A stretch of DNA of 64,000 nucleotides, from positions 177,649 through 241,648 of the IMG/VR virus record IMGVR_UViG_3300032516_000001. One strand, given 5' to 3'. The notes under the pieces are model-generated. The model had not been told where the DNA came from and ran no database searches. It worked only from the letters and a program-made list of their open reading frames with translations. Position numbers and translations under genes: made by a program. This document shows positions 20,184-31,000 of this stretch, in pieces (the stretch's first letter is position 1; each line of letters opens with the position of its first letter).

Positions 20184-22029
20184 TTGCCTTCTCCAATCGT
20201 TCAATGTTACCACGAATCTCCGACAGTATTTTTTCAGATGCCCCTGCTGGAAGTAATTCCTCAACTCGTCTGGCCCAGTATAATGCCTTATCATATTCAC
20301 CAAGTTCAGTATAACATTCAGCCAGTTTCATCGCCGGTAAATAAGTATATGAGTCAAGATCAATCCACCACAGTGTAAACGGCATGTTACCAATTCGAGT
20401 TGATGCATACAAAAAAAACTGAATAGCTTGTTCCCAATTCTTCTCCTCTATAGCAATATCTCCAAGCCACATCCAGTGCTCAATACGGGTCCAATCTTCT
20501 TGCGAGCCTCCATACAACGTGACTTTTGCCTCTTCAAGACGTCCAAGTTTGGCATATTCTTTAGCAAGCAATAGACGCGTGTGATAGCGCATAATACCAT
20601 TATGATTCACAGCTAGAAATTCTAAAAAACGCTCAATGGCCTTCTCAGGATTAAAATCCCGCGTCTCCGAACCAAGATAGTGTAATGAGGTTTGATTTTC
20701 TTCAACGAGCCAATCACGTAATAACGTATATCGGTTCTGCTTAGCCCGCTGGTCTCTACGCTCCAATGCGCGCTTATGAACGCGTCTATGACTTGTTATG
20801 ACTTGAGGCATCTTTACACATAATTCATTGGTTGGCATGTCAAGAATATTGTGAGTGCTACGCTTAAACCGAAGGTCTGAGTGACGCCTGAAAAGCCATG
20901 GAAACGCCCATTGATCGCCTTGACCTTGACGTAATACATAACCAACTCTAGATGCTTTTGGCATTACTTTGTCTAGGTATAAAAGAGCATCTATACCAGC
21001 AGCCAAAGACTCATGAGCCTCTGTCATAAAGATCCAATCACCAACACAATGATCGATACACTGATTTCGAATATGAGCGAAATGGACACCACCGGATGGA
21101 ACACGATCATTAGACGGACCCTCAGGGTTCTCTAGATAGAACCACTTCTCAGCGTATTTTTCCACAATCTCGACAGTATTATCTTTAGTACGTGGATCGA
21201 TACCAACGACAATTTCATCAGCAATACCACGGAAACTAGCAAGCGTCTCACCAATATCAGCAGCTTCATCCCTAGCTGGAAACGTGACAGACAACTTATA
21301 TGGTTTATGAGCAACCTGACCAGCGATTCCAATCATGAATGGTCCTAAGACTTCGACCCGAGCATCTTCACCAAACGTTTCACGAAGTTCGTTCAGGAAC
21401 TCTAAAGCTGTCCACCTGATAGTGTGCTCAGACTCTTCTTCTGGTCCTAGACGATCATGAGGCACTGAGGCGATCAAACCTAGAGCCTGGCTATTAGCCA
21501 TCCTATAAATTCTTCTACGGGTACTCCAGGATAAATGCTCTAATACTTCGGTGCTAACCAATAAGTGCTCCTCAATCGACTTAAAGGCCTCATCTATATT
21601 AGACCACTGTTCCAAATGCACCTTCTTGGCTTCCAGGCCCCTATCTATAGCTGCCTTGATAGCTGTATCATTATGTTCCCATATGCAGACACTACATCCT
21701 TTTTGCTCTTTAAGACGTTGTCCAAGGATGCCAACACCGCCACCAAAGTCTACGACTTTCAAACCGGGCGGAACAAGTTCAAGAATCCGTTTATAAACTG
21801 GGTCCAGTTTTTTCTCACGCCATTCAGCCTGGATTTGATTTTTCCAACATTCATTCCAGTGATCTGGAGTATTGTTGGCAACATTTGCTGGAACCCACCT
21901 ACAATCTCCGAATGGTGGTTGTAATGTGTTGACTTCGCCAGCGGGGACAAACCCATGCGGAGTTTGCAAAATCTGCATGGTTGTATCTTCGTAGGAACGA
22001 CCGAACGATGTTGCGTCAAATTGTTTCAT
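20152..22029 (-). CDS. Methyltransferase-GT2-TPR fusion protein
   Basis: VVDFGGGVG and EVLEHL (methyltransferase); ARDEA...DEIVVGID...FAHIRN (GT2); C-terminal TPR-like helices. Directly downstream of the collagen gene. Confidence 0.8.
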   Translation of the reverse strand: MKQFDATSFGRSYEDTTMQILQTPHGFVPAGEVNTLQPPFGDCRWVPANVANNTPDHWNECWKNQIQAEWREKKLDPVYKRILELVPPGLKVVDFGGGVGILGQRLKEQKGCSVCIWEHNDTAIKAAIDRGLEAKKVHLEQWSNIDEAFKSIEEHLLVSTEVLEHLSWSTRRRIYRMANSQALGLIASVPHDRLGPEEESEHTIRWTALEFLNELRETFGEDARVEVLGPFMIGIAGQVAHKPYKLSVTFPARDEAADIGETLASFRGIADEIVVGIDPRTKDNTVEIVEKYAEKWFYLENPEGPSNDRVPSGGVHFAHIRNQCIDHCVGDWIFMTEAHESLAAGIDALLYLDKVMPKASRVGYVLRQGQGDQWAFPWLFRRHSDLRFKRSTHNILDMPTNELCVKMPQVITSHRRVHKRALERRDQRAKQNRYTLLRDWLVEENQTSLHYLGSETRDFNPEKAIERFLEFLAVNHNGIMRYHTRLLLAKEYAKLGRLEEAKVTLYGGSQEDWTRIEHWMWLGDIAIEEKNWEQAIQFFLYASTRIGNMPFTLWWIDLDSYTYLPAMKLAECYTELGEYDKALYWARRVEELLPAGASEKILSEIRGNIERLEKANGKSAESKQS

Positions 22030-22035
22030 AATATC

Positions 22036-25000
22036 CTACGTTACCACTATTTCCGCATTGTCACATACGCAAGCATCGGTAGATGAAGCACCCTGTTTGA
22101 GTTGGACCTCATATGTTTTATTAGCATTTGGAAGATCGGACCCAGCGGCAAGAACAACAGTCGAAACTTCTGGCTGCAAAGACACACTTGCAGCCAATGG
22201 ATCCGTATTGACCACCACACTATCTGTTTGATTATATAAACGAAGCGTCGATGTGATACCTGCATTTGCTGTACGAAGTATGCAACGAAATGTAAATGTG
22301 GATCCTGAATACAACGAGGCATCAAATGTATTAACACCAATTATTTGATATCCAGTACTCCCATTTACGATCGTGGTGCCAGCAACAAACATGCATACTG
22401 AATCCCCAACGGCGCCCTGCGGACCAGTAGCACCAGTAACTCCAGGTGACCCCTGTGGACCAGTTGCACCGGTAATTCCGGGTGATCCTTGATTCCCTTG
22501 TGGCCCTGTGGCCCCCGTTACACCAGGAGATCCTTGGTCGCCCTGAGGGCCAGTGGCCCCGGTGACGCCGGGTGAACCTTGTGGCCCAGTCGCTCCGGTA
22601 ATTCCGGTAATTCCGGTAATTCCGGGTGAACCTTGATTCCCTTGCGGTCCAGTAACACCGGTAACTCCAGTAATTCCTGGTGATCCCTGGCCACCTTGCG
22701 GGCCAGTAGCGCCAGTAACTCCAGTTACACCCGGTGATCCTTGCGGTCCGGTCGCGCCAGTAACGCCCGTTATGCCCGGTGATCCTTGATCTCCTTGGGG
22801 TCCAGTTGCACCAGTAACTCCAGTGACCCCAGGAGACCCTTGATCACCTTGAGGGCCAGTCGCTCCTGTAACCCCAGTAACACCGGGACTTCCTTGTGGA
22901 CCAGTTGGTCCTGTTACACCAGTGACTCCAGGTGAACCCTGATCCCCTTGCGGTCCAGTGGCTCCTGTTACTCCAGGACTCCCTTGCGGACCAGTTGGTC
23001 CTGTGGCACCTGTAACCCCCGGAGACCCTTGTGGACCAGTTGCGCCAGTTACACCCGTTATACCGGGGCTTCCTTGAGGCCCGGTTGCGCCAGTTACACC
23101 CGTTATACCGGGGCTTCCTTGATCTCCTTGTGGTCCAGTAGCACCAGTTACTCCCTGTGGACCCGTTGGACCAGTAGCGCCTGTAGCTCCATCAGGACCA
23201 GTAGCACCAGTGACTCCGGGACTGCCTTGTGGCCCGGTGGGTCCTGTTGTACCAGTAATTCCAGGCGATCCTTGAGGGCCGGTTGGTCCTGTGGCACCTG
23301 TAACTCCGGGCGATCCTTGCGGTCCTGTAGGACCAGTCGCTCCAGTGACTCCGTCCGGTCCTGTTGCACCAGTGACTCCAGGAGATCCTTGCGGACCCGT
23401 GGGACCTGTCGCTCCGGTAGCTCCCTGTGGACCGGTAGCTCCTGTGACTCCAGGCGATCCTTGTGGTCCTGTAACTCCGGTAACTCCATCAGGACCTATG
23501 GGACCTGTAGCACCAGTTACTCCTTGCGGTCCAGTGGGACCAGTAGCCCCTGTAGCTCCATCTGGACCAGTAGCGCCCGTTACTCCCGGTGATCCTTGTG
23601 GTCCAGTCGGACCCGTCGCTCCTGTAACTCCGGGCGATCCCTGTGGACCAGTAGGACCTGTAACGCCTGTTACTCCAGTAGCTCCTCGCGGTCCAGTCGG
23701 ACCTGTGAATCCAGTGACACCAGGACTTCCTTGTGGTGCAGATACAGCCAATGTAGTTAGTATATGACTAGCATTAGCTGTTCCTTGATAATGCCAATGT
23801 GCTACACGTGCTGACGGACTCGCATTAAACGCTAATACGCGAACTAATATGCGATCAGTTGTACCAAGTGGGATATCACTAATAATTGTATGTTCGAGAT
23901 TATTGTAAACCGGTGACATGCTTGTAATATCAGATGTTGCCGCTGTTGTAAATAAAACAGTCTCGACACCAGCAACAGATTTAACGACTTGATACTTGTA
24001 TGTGCAAGTTCCGCCAGAGACGCTAAACCAAGAATGGAATTCCCATGTGCCAGCAGGGATACTTGAACCAGGAACTAATGCTAGTGTTGCATAAGTGTCT
24101 AACGCAACTCCTGCCGTATCATTACTTTCTACTATTACTGTTTCGTCAACAGGGGTCCCGCTAACTGGAACTCGAGTTAACTTCTCGTTATTTATTGATA
24201 ATGTAATCGATGGACCGGCACCTTGTTCTGTAAGTGCTACGAATGTAGCTAATGTCAGGTCTGACGCTGTGACTGCAGTGATGGGATAAGTTCCATCATT
24301 TAGTCCGCTAGTCGATCCAACGACTTTGACTTTCTGTCCAACTAAATAATTGTCAGCTGTAAAACTACCAGAATCACGATGAATGGTATCGGGATTTGTG
24401 TTAGCGAAAGAAATACCCGTCGAAGTTATCGTCGGAGTAATAATATCTGAAGTTATATTATCATACCAAAGTATCAACCCGGCGTTGACACCAACTGGTC
24501 CTTGAGCACCCGTTGGACCCGTCGCTCCAGTAGCCCCTTGTGGACCAGTTGCTCCAGTGACTCCAGTAGCCCCTTGCGGACCTGTAGCTCCTGTGACCCC
24601 AGTGACTCCGGGAGATCCTTGCGGACCAGTTGGTCCAGTAACGCCCGTAATTCCAGGACCCGTGGCGCCTGTGACTCCAGGCGATCCTTGCGGACCTGTA
24701 GCTCCGGTGACGCCTGTTACTCCCGGTGATCCTTGCGGTCCAGTCGGACCAGTAGCTCCCGTAGTTCCATCAGGTCCAGTTGCTCCTGTGACACCAGGTG
24801 ATCCTTGTGGACCAGTAGGACCTGTGGCTCCTGTAATACCAGGCGAACCCTGTGGTCCAGTAGCTCCTGTTACACCAGGTGATCCTTGCGGCCCAGTCGG
24901 TCCCGTTGCACCGGTCACTCCATCGGGACCAGTGGCTCCCGTAATCCCAGGTGATCCTTGCGGTCCAGTGGCGCCGGTAACCCCATCAGGCCCTGTAACT

Positions 25001-28000
25001 CCAGTTACGCCTGGTGACCCCTGTGGACCAGTTGCGCCTGTAACTCCGGTAACGCCCGGCGACCCTTGTGGGCCCGTTGCCCCAGTAACTCCATCAGGTC
25101 CTGTTGCGCCTGTAACCCCTGGTGATCCTTGTGAACCGGTAGCACCAGTGACGCCTGGTGATCCTTGCGGACCCGTGGGACCTGTTGCTCCGGTAGCCCC
25201 GTCAGGTCCAGTAGCTCCCGTAACACCAGGACTTCCCTGAGGACCTGTGGCTCCTGTAACTCCATCAGGCCCTGTAGCACCAGTGACGCCTGGTGATCCT
25301 TGTGGACCAGTAGCCCCTGTAACTCCATCAGGTCCAGTCGCGCCAGTGACACCAGGACTCCCTTGCGGTCCGGTTGCTCCTGTTACTCCGTCTGGACCAG
25401 TGGCTCCCGTTACTCCTGGTGAACCCTGTGGACCAGTAGCTCCGGTAACGCCGGGTGATCCTTGGGGGCCAGTTGGTCCAGTGGCTCCTGTTACTCCAGG
25501 ACTTCCCTGTGGCCCAGTTGCTCCTGTAACACCATCAGGTCCTGTTACTCCAGTAGCACCAGGACTCCCTTGCGGTCCGGTGGCACCAGTTGCACCGGGA
25601 GATCCTTGCGGACCAGTAGCACCCGTAACTCCGTCAGGACCAGTAGCACCAGTAACCCCTGGGGATCCCTGTGGCCCTGTAGCTCCTGTAACACCAGTAA
25701 TGCCTGGTGAACCCTGCGGGCCAGTAGCCCCTGTGACACCCGGAGAACCTTGAGGACCAGTGGCTCCTGTTACTCCATCAGGCCCCGTAACCCCTGGTGA
25801 TCCTTGAAGGCCTGTAGCACCATCAGGTCCTGTAGCGCCCGTAACACCAGGAGAACCCTGTGACCCTGTCGCACCAGTAACGCCTGGCGATCCTTGTGGA
25901 CCGGTAGCACCAGTTACTCCATCTGGTCCTGTAGCTCCAGTTACTCCGTCAGATCCAGTCGCACCTTGCGGACCGGTGGCGCCCGTCGCGCCTGGGGATC
26001 CTTGTGGACCAGTAGCACCAGTTGCTCCATCGGGGCCAGTAGCACCGGTTACTCCGGGAGATCCTTGTGGACCAGTTGCGCCATTTGGTCCTGTAGCACC
26101 CGTGATCCCGGGTGATCCTTGAGGCCCTGTCGCACCAGTGACTCCAGGAGATCCTTGTGGACCAGTAGCTCCTGTTACTCCGTCAATACCTGTCGCGCCT
26201 TGTGGACCGGTAGCTCCTGTGACCCCATCCGGACCGGTGGCCCCGGTTGCTCCCTGTGGGCCGGTTGGACCCGTTGCTCCAGTTATTCCCGGAGACCCTT
26301 GTGGTCCTGTAAATCCAGTTACTCCAGGACTTCCTTGATCACCCTGAGGGCCAGTAGCACCAGTTGCGCCCTGCGGACCGGTAGCACCTGTTGCTCCGGT
26401 TACGCCATCAACACCCGTTGCACCCTGCGGACCAGTGGCTCCGGTAACCCCGGTTATGCCTGGGGACCCCTGATCACCTTGAGACCCAGTAACACCAGTT
26501 ACACCAGGGCTGCCCTGATCACCCTGAGGACCAGTTGCACCAGTGACCCCGGTTATACCTGGTGATCCTTGATCTCCCTGCGGACCTGTCGCCCCAGTTA
26601 CACCCGTTACGCCCGGAGACCCTTGATCTCCTTGCGGACCAGTGGGTCCAGTAGCACCAGTGACGCCTGTTATTCCGGGGCTACCTTGCTCCCCTTGCGG
26701 ACCCGTAGCACCGGTAGCACCAGTAACTCCCGGACTTCCTTGCGGGCCCGTAACTCCCGTTACACCAGGCGACCCTTGGGGACCAGTAACGCCCGTCGAA
26801 CCCTGTGGTCCTGTAGCCCCCGTAACACCATCTGATCCGGTAGCTCCAGTTACACCATCAGAACCGGTAGCGCCTTGAGGCCCTGTCGCTCCAGTTATGC
26901 CCGGGGGTCCCTGAGGGCCTGTGGGACCAGTCGCCCCTTGTGGACCTGTGGCGCCGGTTACACCGTCGACACCCGTGGCGCCCTGCGGACCGGTAGCACC
27001 TGTAATTCCAGGACTACCCTGCGGACCAGTCGCTCCGGTTACTCCATCGACGCCAGTGGCGCCTTGTGGACCGGTCGCTCCGGTTACTCCATCAACACCT
27101 GTCGCGCCTTGAGGACCGGTTGCTCCAGTAACCCCATCAGGGCCAGTGACTCCGGGTGACCCTTGTGGACCAGTAGCTCCTGTAACTCCAGTTACACCAG
27201 GACTTCCCTGAGGTCCGGTAGTACCAGTAACCCCGTTAGGACCAGTCGCACCAGTTACGCCATCAACACCTGTTGCACCTTGTGGACCTGTTGCGCCGGT
27301 TGCTCCGTCAGGACCAGTCGCTCCTGTAACTCCAGGCGATCCCTGTGGGCCAGTAGCGCCCTGCGGACCGGTTGGTCCTGTTGCACCAGTTACACCTGGT
27401 GACCCCTGCGGACCGGTTGGTCCTGTTGCTCCAGTTACACCATCGGGACCTGTTGCCCCGGTGGCGCCTTGTGGCCCGGTAGCTCCAGTGACACCATCAA
27501 GTCCGGTGGCGCCTTGTGGCCCGGTAGCTCCAGTAACGCCAGGTGACCCCTGCGGCCCCGTTGCACCGTCAGGACCCGTAACTCCTGTTACACCAGGGGA
27601 TCCCTGTGGGCCTGTTGCTCCTGTAACTCCAGGACTACCCTGTGGGCCCGTAGCACCAGTAACACCTTGAAGCCCCGTAGCACCAGTAACACCGTTTGGT
27701 CCTGTGGCTCCAGTTACACCAGGAGATCCTTGAGGTCCCGTGGCGCCGGTTACTCCGTCTGGACCAGTCGCACCTGTAACCCCGGGTGATCCCTGCGGGC
27801 CAGTGGAACCAGTAGCACCGTTAGAACCAGTAGCTCCTGTTACTCCATCAAGTCCGGTAGCACCTTGAGGTCCAGTTGGTCCGGTAGCGCCTGTGACACC
27901 ATCAGGCCCAGTAACACCAGTTACACCGGGTGACCCCTGTGGACCAGTGGCGCCGGTTACTCCAGGACTTCCTTGCGGACCAGTGGCACCAGTTACACCC

Positions 28001-31000
28001 TGAGGCCCGGTAGCCCCGGTTACACCATCGGGACCAGTAACGCCTGGAGAACCCTGTGGGCCTGTCGCACCTGTAACACCTGGCGATCCCTGTGGACCAG
28101 TGGTTCCTGTAACCCCAGGCGATCCCTGTGGACCTGTAGCTCCAGTAACGCCATCGACTCCAGTTGCGCCCTGTGGGCCGGTCGGTCCGGTGGCTCCTGT
28201 CGCGCCATCAGGACCTGTCGCCCCAGTGACACCGGGTGAACCTTGAGCACCAGTTGATCCTGTTACACCTGGTGATCCTTGCGGACCTGTTGCGCCAGTG
28301 ACTCCATCTACGCCCGTTGCGCCTCGAGGCCCGGTCGCACCAGTAGCACCATCTATACCAGTGGCACCTTGTGATCCAGTCGCTCCCGTTACACCATCGA
28401 TCCCGGTCGCGCCTTGCGGACCAGTGGCTCCCGTAACACCTGGAGAACCTTGTGAACCCGTAGCTCCGGTTGCACCATCGGGACCCGTAGCACCGGTAAC
28501 ACCAGGAGATCCCTGTGATCCAGTTGCCCCTGTGACACCGGTTACTCCGTCAATACCAGTTGCGCCTTGCGGACCAGTGGCACCAGTTACTCCATCAGGA
28601 CCGGTGGCACCGGTAACGCCGTCAACGCCCGTCGCGCCTTGAGGACCAGTCGGTCCGGTGACACCAGTTACGCCGTCAATGCCCGTCGCGCCTTGCGGGC
28701 CGGTGGCTCCAGTAACCCCAGTTATTCCAGGACTTCCTTGAGGCCCTGTGGTTCCAGTTACTCCAGGCGATCCCTGTGGACCAGTAGCACCAGTGACCCC
28801 ATCGGGTCCAGTAGCACCGGTAACGCCTGGAGAACCCTGTGGTCCAGTCGCTCCCGTAACTCCATTAAGACCAGTAGCGCCTTGTGGGCCCGTAGCACCG
28901 GTAACACCTGGAGACCCTTGCGGACCCGTTGCGCCCGTGACGCCATCTGGTCCAGTAACACCCGTAACTCCAGGAGATCCCTGGGAACCAGTAGCACCGG
29001 TCACTCCGTCTACGCCGGTAGCACCTTGCGGACCAGTTGGCCCCGTAGCACCGGTAACACCATCAGGTCCAGTGGCTCCCGTTACTCCAGTGGCGCCCTG
29101 AGAACCCGTAGCACCGGTAACACCAGGGCTGCCTTGCGGACCAGTGGCGCCAGTGGCGCCGTCCGGACCCGTTGCTCCTGTAACACCGTCAGGTCCTGTT
29201 GCGCCAGTGACTCCAGGCGATCCTTGTGGACCGGTAATGCCGGTTACACCGGGGCTTCCTTGATCACCCTGCGGTCCGGTAGCACCGGTTACACCTGGTG
29301 AGCCTTGTGGACCAGTAGCACCCGTTACTCCGTCAGGACCTGTAAATCCTGTGACTCCGGGGCTTCCCTGCGGACCGGTTGCTCCAGTTACACCGTTGAC
29401 ACCAGTTGCGCCCTGCGGACCAGTAGCGCCAGTGGCTCCATCAGGACCGGTAGCACCAGTTACTCCAGGTGATCCCTGCGGACCAGTTGCTCCTGTAACA
29501 CCGGTTACCCCAGGACTTCCCTGTGGTCCGGTTGCGCCAGTAATCCCATCAATACCCGTAGCGCCTTGGGGGCCAGTCGCACCTGTAACTCCGTCAGGAC
29601 CTGTGGCTCCGGTTACGCCCGGTGACCCCTGCGGACCAGTAGCTCCTGTTGCTCCATCCGGACCGGTGGCCCCTGTGACCCCATCAGGCCCCGTAGCACC
29701 AGTGACACCTGGAGAACCTTGTGATCCAGTCGCTCCAGTTGCCCCATCTGGTCCTGTCGCACCAGTTACGCCGTCAATTCCGGTCGCACCTTGTGGACCT
29801 GTTGTCCCAGTAACCCCATCAGGTCCCGTAGCTCCAGTAACTCCGGGTGATCCTTGAGGACCAGTGGCTCCTGTTGCGCCGTCTGGTCCAGTAGCACCGG
29901 TAACCCCCGGGGATCCCTGCGGACCAGTAGCACCGGTTACTCCATCAGGCCCAGTAGCGCCAGTAACGCCGTCAATTCCAGTGGCGCCCCGTGGACCAGT
30001 AGCACCGGTTACTCCATCAACACCTGTAGCACCCCGGGGGCCGGTCGCTCCTGTAGTTCCATCAGGACCTGTAGCACCGGTAACCCCGGGTGAACCTTGT
30101 GGACCGGTTGCTCCTGTAGTCCCATCGGGACCAGTAGCGCCAGTTACTCCATCAGGACCAGTAGCACCAGTAGCGCCGTCAGGGCCGGTAGCCCCTGTGA
30201 CTCCCGGAGACCCTTGCGGACCTGTAGCACCGGTAACCCCGTCAATGCCCGTAGCGCCTTGTGGGCCCGTAGCACCGGTAACTCCATCAGAACCGGTAGC
30301 ACCTCGGGGTCCTGTCGCTCCAATTACACCATCAGGGCCGGTTGCACCAGTTACTCCGGGAGACCCTTGGGGGCCAGTCGGCCCTGTCGCCCCAGTTACT
30401 CCATCAACACCCGTCGCACCTTGTGGGCCTGTTGCCCCAGTAGCGCCATCAGGACCAGTGGCACCAGTGACTCCTGGACTTCCCTGCGGACCCGTAGCAC
30501 CAGTTGCACCGTCAGGTCCCGTAGCACCAGTTGCACCGTCAGGTCCCGTAGCACCTGTAACGCCTGGTGAACCCTGCGGACCCGTTGCGCCAGTAACACC
30601 GTCGATACCAGTCGCACCCTGCGGCCCAATGGGACCGGTGGCTCCTGTGACACCATCTATGCCAGTCGCACCCCGAGGTCCTGTAGCACCAGTAACACCA
30701 TCGATCCCGGTCGCACCTTGAGGACCGGTGGGTCCGGTAGCGCCAGTTACTCCGTCTGGTCCAGTTGCGCCAGTAACTCCTGGCGATCCTTGCGGACCGG
30801 TGGCACCAGTAAGGCCGTCAGGTCCTGTGGCTCCAGTTACACCAGGTGATCCTTGCGGACCAGTGGGGCCAGTTGCCCCAGTTACTCCGTCATGACCAGT
30901 TGCGCCAGTAACCCCAGGTGAACCTTGAGGTCCTGTGGCGCCAGTTACTCCATCAATTCCGGTGACGCCTTGCGGACCTGTCGTCCCAGTTACACCCGGA